DNA of 32,000 bases from contig NC_015722.1 in the NCBI RefSeq assembly GCF_000219355.1, positions 150,001 to 182,000 on the forward strand. The letters are read 5' to 3'. Within the stretch, counting starts at the first letter, position 1; every line of letters starts with the position of its first letter. The notes under the pieces are model-generated. The model saw nothing but the letters and a program-made list of their open reading frames with translations, ran no database searches and was not told the DNA's origin. This DNA is from Candidatus Midichloria mitochondrii IricVA. Its GTDB lineage: Bacteria > Pseudomonadota > Alphaproteobacteria > Rickettsiales > Midichloriaceae. This document shows positions 10,779 to 20,440 of the stretch, in pieces. A program made the translations under genes and the position numbers.

Positions 10779-11750
10779 TTATTTTTTGGCCTTATACCAA
10801 TAATTAACCTTTGTTTCAATTGTATTGACTACTAGTTTTTCGTGAAGCCCTCCGTACAGCTTATTTAAAATAGCTAAGCCTGTTGGTGAGGTTATATTTA
10901 TTTCAATTAACTTTTCACCAAGAATATCGATGCCTGCAAAAATTATACTGTTCTTTTCTAAGAACTTGCCTATTTTTTTACATAATAACTGCTCTTTTAT
11001 AGTAAGCTCACATTTAGCAAAACTGCCTCCAAGAGCAGCGTTACTTCTAAAATCTCCTGATTTTGGCAACCGTTGAAAAAATCCTATCAGCTTGCCTGCT
11101 GAAAATATAACTCTTTTATCACCATTATTTCTAACTGAAGGAATAAATTGCTGAACAACAATATGCCCGAATTTTTCTATGTGATTCTTTATAGTGGCCT
11201 GGAAATTTTCTTCGTCTACGTTAGTTAGTACGATATTTTTACCGCCATGCTGATAAAGAGGTTTTAAGACAGCAAAGTTATGCCGTTGGATAAAATGCTC
11301 AATAAGATGAAGATCAGATGAGATAATGAATTCTGGTAAAAAATTTTTGAATATTAGTGGGCTGAACTTTTCCGGGAGATTTCTTATACTACTTGGGTTG
11401 TTGAAAACTGGAGTATGGGCGCCTAACTTATCTAGTATATAGGTTGAAGTGATATAATTCATATCAAAAGGAGGATCCTGGCGGATCATAATTAGTAAGA
11501 CTTCAGCTAAATTTAGGACCGCATGGTTGGTTATTGAATAATATGACTTAGAATCTTTCTCTAAATGGGCGAAAAAACCTTTTGCAAACACTTCATTATT
11601 TTCAATATAGAGGTCTTTTACTTGATAAAAGAATATCTCATATCCTCTGTTTTGCATTTCTATAGCTAGCAATAAACTACTGTCAGTTTCTATGTTGAGG
11701 CTCTCCAGCGGATCGATCTGGAAGGCTATTACCTTATGCATTGGTTTCAT
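10779..11750 (-). CDS. gshB: Glutathione synthetase (prokaryotic ATP-grasp type)
   Basis: 323-aa ORF. The N-terminal IAFQIDPLESLNIETDSSLLLAIEMQNRGYE matches the GshB N-domain pattern, and the C-terminal half is ATP-grasp-like. Confidence 0.85.
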   Translation of the reverse strand: MKPMHKVIAFQIDPLESLNIETDSSLLLAIEMQNRGYEIFFYQVKDLYIENNEVFAKGFFAHLEKDSKSYYSITNHAVLNLAEVLLIMIRQDPPFDMNYITSTYILDKLGAHTPVFNNPSSIRNLPEKFSPLIFKNFLPEFIISSDLHLIEHFIQRHNFAVLKPLYQHGGKNIVLTNVDEENFQATIKNHIEKFGHIVVQQFIPSVRNNGDKRVIFSAGKLIGFFQRLPKSGDFRSNAALGGSFAKCELTIKEQLLCKKIGKFLEKNSIIFAGIDILGEKLIEINITSPTGLAILNKLYGGLHEKLVVNTIETKVNYWYKAKK

Positions 11751-11867
11751 AAATTTTTGATGCTACTTTATTGTGAATAGAATCTTATTGCTTATAAAGC
11801 TATTATTTGTTACTGTGCCCTTCATTATCATGGACTTTGTTTGCGGTAAAGGGATCTTCTTTAATGT

Positions 11868-12548
11868 ATGCCTAGGAAAGCTATAGTATTATTAAGTGGG
11901 GGGCTTGATTCTTCGACTGTTCTTGCGGTCGCTAAGTCGGAAGGATATGAGTGTTGTTGCTTAAGCTTTAGATATGGCCAAAAGCATTTGTTTGAGATCG
12001 AGTCCGCAAAAAATTTAGCGAAGATTTATGATGCGGCGGTACATAAAATTATCGATATAGATCTAACAGTATTTGGTGGCTCTTCGCTGACTAGCGCTCT
12101 TGAAGTACCTAAACATACTGATCTAAATCATTTGAAAAGTGGGCAGATTCCTCCTACGTATGTTCATGGTAGAAACACAATTTTTCTCTCGTATGCTTTT
12201 GCGTATGCTGAAGCATTAAATATTCCTAATCTATTTATCGGCTGTAATGCAATTGATTACAGTAATTACCCAGATTGCAGACCTGAGTATATATCTGCAT
12301 ACGAAAGGATGATTAACTTGGCTAAAGCCAGAATTCAGAGAGAAATTAAAATTTACGCTCCACTATTGCATCTTAGCAAATCTGAGATTATTATCCTGGG
12401 GAGAAGTTTGGGTGTGGATTATTCATTGACAACATCTTGCTATAATCCCTATGAAAGTGGGCGGCCATGCGGTCAGTGCGATGCGTGTTTGCTAAGAATT
12501 GAGGGATTTACTAAGGCCGGCTTGTCGGATCCTCTGCATTATATTTAA
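11868..12548 (+). CDS. queC: 7-cyano-7-deazaguanine synthase
   Basis: 226-aa ORF with PP-loop LLSGGLDSS and the C-terminal zinc cluster CYNPYESGRPCGQCDACLLR. Confidence 0.9.
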   Translation: MPRKAIVLLSGGLDSSTVLAVAKSEGYECCCLSFRYGQKHLFEIESAKNLAKIYDAAVHKIIDIDLTVFGGSSLTSALEVPKHTDLNHLKSGQIPPTYVHGRNTIFLSYAFAYAEALNIPNLFIGCNAIDYSNYPDCRPEYISAYERMINLAKARIQREIKIYAPLLHLSKSEIIILGRSLGVDYSLTTSCYNPYESGRPCGQCDACLLRIEGFTKAGLSDPLHYI

Positions 12549-12582
12549 GTAAATATATAAAAATTTTAATCGGTTCATTGAT

Positions 12583-13062
12583 ATGTCTAGCGAAAGAATT
12601 CCAATTACGCCTAAGGGTTATCAGAGGTTGTTAGAGGAGTTGACACACTTAAAAAGTATAGAGCGGCCAGCGGTAATAGTTGCAATAGCTGAAGCAAGAG
12701 CACATGGGGATTTGTCAGAAAACGCTGAGTATACTGCTGCAAGAGAGAAACAAGGTTTTATCGAGGCAAAAATTGCGGACTTAGAAAGCAGAATTGCTAG
12801 AGCAGAAGTAATAGATGTAAAAGAATTGACAGGAAGTCAAATAAAATTTGGTGCTACAGTAACCTTGCTTAATGAGGAAAATGATAGTGAAGTCGAATAC
12901 CAAATAGTTGGTGAATACGAAGCAGACCTAAATAGTGGTTTGATTTCTATTTCCTCCCCTTTGGCAAAGGCTTTATTAGGCAAAAGTGTCGGCGACCAAA
13001 TAGAGGTTGCGACGCCAAAGGGAATTAAGTATTATGACGTTATAACTATAACTTATGAATAA
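12583..13062 (+). CDS. greA: Transcription elongation factor GreA
   Basis: 159-aa ORF with ARAHGDLSENAEYTAAREKQ, the coiled-coil tip motif of GreA. Confidence 0.93.
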   Translation: MSSERIPITPKGYQRLLEELTHLKSIERPAVIVAIAEARAHGDLSENAEYTAAREKQGFIEAKIADLESRIARAEVIDVKELTGSQIKFGATVTLLNEENDSEVEYQIVGEYEADLNSGLISISSPLAKALLGKSVGDQIEVATPKGIKYYDVITITYE

Positions 13063-13068
13063 TTTACA

Positions 13069-13144
13069 GCATTTGTAGCTCAGTGGATAGAGCGTCGCCC
13101 TCCGGAGGCGAAGGCCGTGGGTTCGAATCCCGCCAAATGCGCCA
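13069..13144 (+). tRNA. tRNA-Arg (anticodon CCG), CCA encoded
   Basis: GCATTTG-TA-GCTCAGTGGATAGAGC-G-TCGCC-CTCCGGA-GGCGA-AGGCC-GTGGGTTCGAATCCCGC-CAAATGC-G-CCA. This is a standard cloverleaf with the GTTCGAATC T-loop and CCG at positions 34-36. Confidence 0.93.
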
Positions 13145-13148
13145 CTTT

Positions 13149-14408
13149 ATGGGGGTGTTAGCTGTGTTTTTGTATTTTAAGCCTAAGGTGCTAGTAATCG
13201 TGATGTTGGGCGTCGCAAGCGGATTACCTCTTTCATTATCTGCTTCAACCTTGTCCGCGATGTTAATGGATACCGGGATAGGTATAGCAAAAATTGCAAT
13301 ATTTGGTTTGGCTTCGACTCCGTATGCGTTTAAGTACCTGTGGTCGCCATTGGTTGACAACTTAAGTTTGCCGATATTGAGCAAAGTTTTAGGACGTAGG
13401 ACAGCGTGGCTGCTACTAACTCAAATATTGTTATTTTTTACCATAACTTTTGTGGGCTTTTATGCGGCCCAAGCTCCTAATTTATTTATTTTAGGTGCGG
13501 GAGTTTTTTGCATAGCATTCCTCTCGGCAACCCAGGATATTATAATCGACGCATATAGGATTGAAATATTAACAGATGAAGAGCAAGGATCGGGCGCAGC
13601 TGCGGTTACATTTGGCTATCGGATTGGGATGTTGATCTCAAGCGCTGGCAGCCTTTTTATTGCAGAATATTTAAATTGGGCCATTGCTTATTCCTCTGTA
13701 GCTCTTTTTCTAATACCTGGAGCTCTAGCGGCTTTAGCCTATGGAGAGCCATCGTTACTTAGGAGATCGCGAAAAGTTTATAGTAATTTTATTGCGTGGT
13801 TACGCCATAGCTTCGCCGATCCTTTCATAGAGTTCATTAAACAGAGAAATTGGTTTGTTATTATATGCTTAGTACTTTTGTATAAACTAAGTGATGCATA
13901 TATTGGTATGCTTACCACTCCCTTCTTAATGGATATAGGATTTTCTAGAGTTGAAATAGCGAGCATTATAAAGCTTTATGGTTTTCTTACTACAATAGTT
14001 GGTATGTTTATTGGGGGCTACTTGATTGCTAAATATCAAAACATGGGATTTATATTGGTGCTTGGGCTTATACTCCAGTGTGTATCAAATTTAGTGTTTG
14101 TGGTGCAGGCTAGCTATGGAAATGATCCTTCTGTACTGATTGCAGTAATCTCTGTTGAGAATTTCTGTAGTGGCTTAAGCAATGCTAGCCTAGTTGCTTA
14201 TATAAGCACTGTTGTTAAAAAAGAATTTGCCGCTACTCACTACGCAATACTTAGCTCTTTAGCAGTTGTTGGTAGGACAGTAATTAGTTCAAGTGCAGGA
14301 TTTGTTGTTTCTATCTTAGGTTGGATAAATTTCTTTTATTTTTCAGCATTACTCTCTTTACCTGCATTTATTTGTTTGTATTATCTCTATTATAGAAAAA
14401 ATAAATAG
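13149..14408 (+). CDS. ampG: AmpG-family muropeptide MFS permease
   Basis: The tracked ORF (13083..) reads through the tRNA, so I place the start at ATG 13149. The product is a polytopic MFS protein whose N-terminal LGVASGLPLSLSASTLSAMLMDTGI...FKYLWSPLVD matches the AmpG pattern. Confidence 0.83.
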   Translation: MGVLAVFLYFKPKVLVIVMLGVASGLPLSLSASTLSAMLMDTGIGIAKIAIFGLASTPYAFKYLWSPLVDNLSLPILSKVLGRRTAWLLLTQILLFFTITFVGFYAAQAPNLFILGAGVFCIAFLSATQDIIIDAYRIEILTDEEQGSGAAAVTFGYRIGMLISSAGSLFIAEYLNWAIAYSSVALFLIPGALAALAYGEPSLLRRSRKVYSNFIAWLRHSFADPFIEFIKQRNWFVIICLVLLYKLSDAYIGMLTTPFLMDIGFSRVEIASIIKLYGFLTTIVGMFIGGYLIAKYQNMGFILVLGLILQCVSNLVFVVQASYGNDPSVLIAVISVENFCSGLSNASLVAYISTVVKKEFAATHYAILSSLAVVGRTVISSSAGFVVSILGWINFFYFSALLSLPAFICLYYLYYRKNK

Positions 14409-14417
14409 AGGTTTATT

Positions 14418-15905
14418 ATGAATTTTACCTTTAAGCCGCTTTCAGAGTTAAGTTCAGAAACAGCAATTTTTTTAATATCTGAGCCAGCAAGCTTGCCAAA
14501 AACTTTGGTTGATTTGGACCGGCACAATCATATAGCAAATGCTATTAAGGCTGATAGAGCGTTTGGCGGTAAAACTGGCCAAATGGTTACTGTTCTAGCG
14601 CCTCATGGATTCCAGCAAAAGCAAGTAATTATCTTGTGTATTGGTAAAACTATTGAAGCAACTAATTTAACCGTACAAAGTGCGGGTGGCGCACTTGCTA
14701 GTAAATTAAACCAAATGAAAATCAGTGAAGCTGATTTAGTGATCGATACTGCGGAAGAGTTTAAAGTAGACTTGGCAATAAACTTGGCTATAGGAATTAA
14801 GCTTAAGAATTATGCATTTAACAAGCATTATGTTGCTAAAAAAGAAGAACATGAACTTACTCTTGCAAAAGTAAATATATTATCGACTTCTAAAAATGAA
14901 ACCGCATTTGCTCAACAAGAAGCAATTTTAAATGGGGTAATAGTGACTAGAAATTTGGTTTCAGAACCGCCTAATAATTTATTTCCTATATCATTTGCAG
15001 AAGAATGTGAAAAGTTAAAGGCATTTGGGGTTAAAGTAACTGTTTTAAATAAAGAAGACTTGCAAGCGTTAAGAATGGGTGCTTTACTTGGAGTAGCTCA
15101 AGGTAGCGCTAATGAGCCAAGAGTGGTGATTATGGAATGGCATGGCAATAATTCTAGGCCAGATGAAGTTACCGCTCTTGTTGGTAAAGGAGTCACATTT
15201 GATAGCGGCGGTATCAACTTAAAGCCAAGCCAAGGTGTTGCTGACATGAAATGCGATATGGGCGGTGCCGGAGTTGTAACGGGTGCTGTGATGGCATTAG
15301 CGAGCAGAAAGGCAAAAGCTAATGTCATTGGAGCTATAGGATTAGTCGAAAATATGCCATCTGGTACTGCTCAAAGACCTAGTGATGTTGTTGTGTCGAT
15401 GTCTGGACAAACCATTGAAGTTGACAATACCGATGCCGAAGGACGCTTGGTACTTGCAGATGTTATGTGGTATGTGCAAGAGCAATATAAGCCTAAAAAT
15501 TTAATAGATTTAGCGACATTAACTGGAGCTATCGTGATAGCGCTCGGGGATTATTATGCTGGTCTTTTTTCAAATAGCGATGAGCTTGCTAGGAATTTGT
15601 GCGCTGCAGCGGACAAAGTTGGAGAACAAATTTGGAGATTGCCGCTTCACGATTTTTATGACAAGCAAATTAATTCTGATACTGCTGACATTAAAAATAC
15701 AGGGCAAAGTGGACGGGGTGCGGGAAGCACAACAGCTGCACAATTTTTAAAGAGGTTTGTTAAGGACTGTGCTTGGGCTCACCTTGATATCGCTGGAGTA
15801 ACCTGGACCAAACACGGTAACGATATTTGCCCAAAAGGGGCAACTGGCTTTGGAGTGAGATTGTTAAATCAATATATCATGGATAATATTGAGCGAAATG
15901 CCTAA
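14418..15905 (+). CDS. pepA: Leucyl aminopeptidase (M17)
   Basis: 495-aa ORF with VGKGVTFDSGGINLKP and NTDAEGRLVLAD signature motifs. Confidence 0.92.
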   Translation: MNFTFKPLSELSSETAIFLISEPASLPKTLVDLDRHNHIANAIKADRAFGGKTGQMVTVLAPHGFQQKQVIILCIGKTIEATNLTVQSAGGALASKLNQMKISEADLVIDTAEEFKVDLAINLAIGIKLKNYAFNKHYVAKKEEHELTLAKVNILSTSKNETAFAQQEAILNGVIVTRNLVSEPPNNLFPISFAEECEKLKAFGVKVTVLNKEDLQALRMGALLGVAQGSANEPRVVIMEWHGNNSRPDEVTALVGKGVTFDSGGINLKPSQGVADMKCDMGGAGVVTGAVMALASRKAKANVIGAIGLVENMPSGTAQRPSDVVVSMSGQTIEVDNTDAEGRLVLADVMWYVQEQYKPKNLIDLATLTGAIVIALGDYYAGLFSNSDELARNLCAAADKVGEQIWRLPLHDFYDKQINSDTADIKNTGQSGRGAGSTTAAQFLKRFVKDCAWAHLDIAGVTWTKHGNDICPKGATGFGVRLLNQYIMDNIERNA

Positions 15906-16623
15906 AAGCACATTTGATTCCACAGAAGTAAAAAAATTTGCAGATTTAGCTGCAAATTGGTGGAACTGTGATGGGCCTCTTAAGCAACTGCACTTAATGA
16001 ATAGGGCAAGAATCCCTTACATTAGGACTATACTGCAACAAGAAAAGTTAATTAGTGGCGATCGGCTTGATCAGTTAGATATACTTGATGTTGGATGCGG
16101 GGGAGGTATTTTATCTGTCCCTCTATCCAGGCTTGGAGCTAACGTTACTGGTTTGGACGCCTGCGCAGAAAATGTCCAGATAGCTAAAGATTATGCAAAA
16201 CATAACGATCATCATATAAATTACGTAACATCAACTATTGAGGATTTTGCTAAGGAAAGGGTTTCATATAATGTAGTATGCACACTCGAGATAGTAGAAC
16301 ATGTGGCAGATCTTAATTTATTTCTTGAATCTGTGGCTCAAGTTGCTAAGCCAGGGGGGATAATTTTTATTTCAACAATCAATAAGACCTTTAAGTCATA
16401 TATGCAGGCTATATTAATTGCTGAATACCTTCTTAAGATGGTACCCCGAGGTGGGCATGATTGGAATAAGTTTGTTGAGCCAAGCGCAATTGTTGATATT
16501 TTATCCCGCAGTAACTGCAGTTTTATTGAGATGAAGGGGATGAAATTTAATCCATTAACTACTGAATGGTACCTGGATCGTAATGTTGATGTTAATTATA
16601 TAATGGCTCTAAGAAAATTGTAG
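15889..16623 (+). CDS. ubiG: Ubiquinone biosynthesis O-methyltransferase
   Basis: 244-aa ORF with SAM-binding motif ILDVGCGGGILS and an overall UbiG-like N-terminus (FADLAANWWNCDGPLKQLHLMN). It overlaps the pepA 3' end. An alternative start is at 15898. Confidence 0.87.
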   Translation: MSEMPKSTFDSTEVKKFADLAANWWNCDGPLKQLHLMNRARIPYIRTILQQEKLISGDRLDQLDILDVGCGGGILSVPLSRLGANVTGLDACAENVQIAKDYAKHNDHHINYVTSTIEDFAKERVSYNVVCTLEIVEHVADLNLFLESVAQVAKPGGIIFISTINKTFKSYMQAILIAEYLLKMVPRGGHDWNKFVEPSAIVDILSRSNCSFIEMKGMKFNPLTTEWYLDRNVDVNYIMALRKL

Positions 16624-16625
16624 CG

Positions 16626-17528
16626 GTGCTTAATTTTTCTCAACTTAAAGATAAAATTATCATTATAAGCGGCCCTACGGCAAGCGGTAAGTCAGCTTTA
16701 GCGATAGATATAGCTAGAGAGGTCGATGGAGTTATCATAAACTCTGATGCTATGCAGGTTTATAAAGAATTACCAATTTTAACAGCTCAACCTGATCTTT
16801 CAGATCAGCTCCATTCTCCTCATAGGCTGTATAGTATTATTGAAATGGATACTCACTATTCGGTTGCTATATGGCTTGACTGGGTAAAAAGAGAAATTAC
16901 AAGCTGTAAAGAAAAGAGGCGAGCCCCGGTGATAGTTGGAGGCAGCGGTCTTTATATAAAATCACTAGTTGATGGGCTTGCCTTTATTCCAGGTATTTCT
17001 GAATCCACTAGAAGAAAGATGGCTGAGATGATAAGTTCGTCTGATTCTGTATCTCTTCATAAACGCTTATTTGCCTACGATCCTGACCTGGCTCGAAGAC
17101 TTGCCCCTTCTGACCTAAAAAGAATTACTAGAGGGCTAGCGGTTTACCTGGAGACTCGGATAGCTTTGTCAAAATGGCAAAGCGATACTAAACCGTACTT
17201 GCCCCGAGATGAATTTTTTATTATCAATGTCGATATAGAAAGAGAGTCTTTGTACCGTAATTGTAACACTCGATTCGTAGCCATGTTGAAGATGGGAGCA
17301 GTCGATGAAGTTGAGACATTGCTGAACCAGAAGCCTGGTATAAAATATCCCAAAATTCTTGGGCTCTATGAATTAATTAATTGGTTAGAAGGAAAGACCA
17401 CTAAAGAAGAAGCTATAGAAAAAGCGCAGCAGTTTACAAGAAATTACGCCAAAAGGCAAACTACTTGGTTTAGAAACCAAATGCGGTATGATTTCTTTTT
17501 GAGGAAGGGGGGGAGGTATGAGCAATAA
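16626..17528 (+). CDS. miaA: tRNA dimethylallyltransferase
   Basis: 300-aa ORF (GTG start) with P-loop ISGPTASGKSALA and INSDAMQVYKELPILTAQP, typical of MiaA. Confidence 0.92.
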   Translation: MLNFSQLKDKIIIISGPTASGKSALAIDIAREVDGVIINSDAMQVYKELPILTAQPDLSDQLHSPHRLYSIIEMDTHYSVAIWLDWVKREITSCKEKRRAPVIVGGSGLYIKSLVDGLAFIPGISESTRRKMAEMISSSDSVSLHKRLFAYDPDLARRLAPSDLKRITRGLAVYLETRIALSKWQSDTKPYLPRDEFFIINVDIERESLYRNCNTRFVAMLKMGAVDEVETLLNQKPGIKYPKILGLYELINWLEGKTTKEEAIEKAQQFTRNYAKRQTTWFRNQMRYDFFLRKGGRYEQ

Positions 17529-20103
17529 CCATTTACATATTCAAAAACAAGCTTCTAACCCTAACTATTCAGTATATGTTAATGCCTCTGCTGGTTCTGG
17601 CAAGACTAAGGTATTGATAGATAGAATGTTAAGGTTGCTATTGAAGGGTAATAACTTGAGTAATATTCTATGTGTTACCTTCACAAACGCAGCGGCTGAA
17701 GAGATGATAGAGAGGCTTAAGGGAAGAGCTAAAAAATGGTGTGCTGAATCAAAAGGAGATTTAGCAAGGGAGCTCGAAGATTTAATAGATGAGCCTATAT
17801 CAGAGTCTATGCTTAGCCTGGCTAGTTCTTTGTACGGCACCTTATTGTTAGAAGCACAGAAGATCAAAATTCAGACGATGCATGCATTTTGTGCGAGAAT
17901 TTTAAATATAGAGATTGATAGTGCATATACGAACGATACGAACGGCAACAGAATTATTAGTAATGCAGAAAAGTATAGCCTATTAAAAAGAGCTTATTAT
18001 GAAGCAATGCGATCTGAGTTCTTACAAAAAGTAGTCAGGCTGCTTGCGCTTCTTTTTAATAATCAAATTTTATTTGAATATACGGTTGATTTAATTAACC
18101 AATATGCAAAATTTCATGATTACTTAAAAGATATCGATACTGAAGAACGGCTTTTAGGACAAATATTTCAGCTATTCGGTTTTGAACAAGATTTTGATTG
18201 GGAAATATTTCTGGAGAAAAGGATAGTCCAGCTTGATATGCCGGCTTTGTACTTAATTGCGGAATCTTTAGCTGAAAAGGAAGGGCGGCTGATGAAAGCT
18301 TGGCTTATATCTTCTTTAGCAGAGAAAAAAGAAAATTTATTTGAGTATGCAAATATTTTTCTGACTCAAGATCACAAAAAGAGAAGCCGAATTAGCGGAG
18401 CTAAATCCTTAAATGAGAGAATGCAAGCTCAACTTTATGCGCATCAAGAAGAAGTGTATGAGATTATCCAAACGAAAAAATCTTATAATGCTGCGCTACA
18501 CAATTTTGCTTTTATTAGGTTTGCGCAAGAAGTTTTTAAAAACTATGAAGAGTTTAAAAGGGAAAAAGGATTGTTAGACTATGACCAGTTATTAATTAAT
18601 ACAATAAAATTACTAGAAACTTCTGAAAATAGACATTGGTTACTTTGGAAACTAGATTGCGAAATAGATCATATACTAGTTGATGAAGCACAAGACTTAA
18701 ATGCTTACCAATGGCAAATCATTAAATTACTTAGCGAAGAATTTTTTGCGGGAATTGGAGCTAAAGAGGAAAATAGAACTATATTTATAGTTGGTGATCA
18801 GAAACAATCTATTTTTGGCTTTCAAGGAGCAGCTCCAGAGATTTTTGTCGATATTGCAAGATATTATAAAGAAAAAGCGCGGCACGCTCTAAAAGAATGG
18901 GTAGAAATTGATTTTAATATTTCATTTAGATCGGGAAAAGAAATTTTGGAGTTGGTGGATAATATCTTTATAAAAACTGATATAACAGCTCAGTTTAATA
19001 CCTCCTATAAAAACCATATCTCTTATAGAAATACGCCAGCATATTTTCAAGCTTGGCAACTAAATGATGAGACAAAAAATACTTTATTAGATTCTCAGTG
19101 GATGATTCCGGCTGAATCGGCCTCAATACAAAGAGAAAGTATTGGCAGTTTTATAGCCACCAGAGTATCGGATTGGTTAAAAGACCAGCGTGTTATTTTT
19201 GGCAGCAATAAAAATTTTGAGTTAGATGACTTAATGATTATCCTGAGGAAGAGAGGAAGGATTTATAATGATATCTGTAACGCTTTAAGTAGAAATCAAA
19301 TTCCTTTTGTGTCATGTGGCTCGCTCTTTCTTAAGGATAAAGTTACAATTTTAGATTTGCTTTCGCTTTTGAAGTTTATTTTAAATCAAGCAGATGATTT
19401 TAACTTAGCTAACTTACTAAAATCTGCGTTGTTTAATTTTAAAGAGGAAGATATATTTAAAATTGCTTTTAATCGAGGTAAAAGGACTATCTGGCAAAGT
19501 ATAAGTGAAGGCAATCGTTATCAGCCTACTAGAGAAAAGCTCTTGAAGTTCCTAGAGTTATTTGCGGATAGCTCTCTTTATCAATTTTTTTATCAAGTGG
19601 CTTTTGAATATTATAAAAAGAATAGCTTTGACACTGCCATCAAAACTTTTTTGAATGCTGTAGCAAATTTTGAACAACAACACCAATTTGCTGGAGAACT
19701 CGAATTTCTACATTGGTTTGAGGCAGAAAAAATACAGGTTCTAGATTCATGCGCTGATAAAAATGCAATTAGAATAACCACCGCACATTCCGCAAAAGGT
19801 TTAGAAGCCCCTATTATTATACTTGCTGATGCATTTGAATCTGAGAATTTGTCACGTGATAATATTTTTTGGCTCGGAAACCGCTTGATTTTTAGTAGTG
19901 GAGCACAGTATGACGATAAATTTGTAAAAATAATTAAAGAAAAAGCAAAATTTATTCAAAAAAATGAAAATTTGAGGTTATTATACGTCGCTGTGACAAG
20001 AGCTAGAGATGAAGTTTATGTGATTGGTTACAATAAAGGAAAAATAGGAAACTGGCACGAATTAATTTGTGATTCCAGTCTCAAATCTGACCCTTTAGAG
20101 TAA
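17518..20103 (+). CDS. addA: UvrD/Rep superfamily-1 helicase, AddA-like, lacking a C-terminal nuclease domain
   Basis: 861-aa ORF. AddA-like N-terminus QASNPNYSVYVNASAGSGKTKVLIDRMLRLLLKG. Motif Ia ILCVTFTNAAAEEM, motif II ILVDEAQDLN, motif III FIVGDQKQSIFGFQGA, then TTAHSAKGLEAPIIIL and motif VI LLYVAVTRARDEVYV. Only about 25 residues follow motif VI. Confidence 0.78.
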   Translation: MSNNHLHIQKQASNPNYSVYVNASAGSGKTKVLIDRMLRLLLKGNNLSNILCVTFTNAAAEEMIERLKGRAKKWCAESKGDLARELEDLIDEPISESMLSLASSLYGTLLLEAQKIKIQTMHAFCARILNIEIDSAYTNDTNGNRIISNAEKYSLLKRAYYEAMRSEFLQKVVRLLALLFNNQILFEYTVDLINQYAKFHDYLKDIDTEERLLGQIFQLFGFEQDFDWEIFLEKRIVQLDMPALYLIAESLAEKEGRLMKAWLISSLAEKKENLFEYANIFLTQDHKKRSRISGAKSLNERMQAQLYAHQEEVYEIIQTKKSYNAALHNFAFIRFAQEVFKNYEEFKREKGLLDYDQLLINTIKLLETSENRHWLLWKLDCEIDHILVDEAQDLNAYQWQIIKLLSEEFFAGIGAKEENRTIFIVGDQKQSIFGFQGAAPEIFVDIARYYKEKARHALKEWVEIDFNISFRSGKEILELVDNIFIKTDITAQFNTSYKNHISYRNTPAYFQAWQLNDETKNTLLDSQWMIPAESASIQRESIGSFIATRVSDWLKDQRVIFGSNKNFELDDLMIILRKRGRIYNDICNALSRNQIPFVSCGSLFLKDKVTILDLLSLLKFILNQADDFNLANLLKSALFNFKEEDIFKIAFNRGKRTIWQSISEGNRYQPTREKLLKFLELFADSSLYQFFYQVAFEYYKKNSFDTAIKTFLNAVANFEQQHQFAGELEFLHWFEAEKIQVLDSCADKNAIRITTAHSAKGLEAPIIILADAFESENLSRDNIFWLGNRLIFSSGAQYDDKFVKIIKEKAKFIQKNENLRLLYVAVTRARDEVYVIGYNKGKIGNWHELICDSSLKSDPLE

Positions 20104-20381
20104 GAATAATGAAACTCACATGTAATAAAATGGTAATATTTTCCACATTATATGTAAATATTATTTACATTATCATAAAAATCAGATAAAGCTCTAACTT
20201 GAAGTGCTCTGAGGCAAGCTATTGCTTATTTGTTTATTCTAGTGGTCTGAACTATAAAGATTTTTTTATTTGGTTAATTTATTGATTAAAATGACTAAAT
20301 AATAAGCTGTATAAAAGATTAATTAGAGTTGCATTTTTACAATAAAACGTTATAAATTATTTATGATGGCTTTAGAGTGTT

Positions 20382-20411
20382 TTGCATACAACAAGTACTT
20401 GTTGTATGCAA
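20382..20411. repeat. Perfect 30-bp palindrome TTGCATACAACAAGT|ACTTGTTGTATGCAA
   Basis: Read directly: 15-nt arms are exactly reverse-complementary with no spacer. It lies 30 bp upstream of the ATG at 20441. Its function (operator, attenuator or terminator) is unknown. Confidence 0.6.
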
Positions 20412-20440
20412 TTGTGAATTAATTTTAAGGTTTTTGAAAA

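Noticed and set aside
13064-13384. 106-aa minus-strand ORF, and the first 22 codons of the tracked 13083.. ORF.
   Set aside because: Both overlap the tRNA-Arg(CCG) gene, and GFESR is simply the T-arm translated. The ampG start is moved to 13149.
20152-20170. 19-bp palindrome ATGTAAATA-T-TATTTACAT about 50 bp after the addA-like stop.
   Set aside because: It is almost pure A/T, would form only a very weak hairpin, and has no T-run. Such palindromes are expected by chance in sequence this AT-rich.
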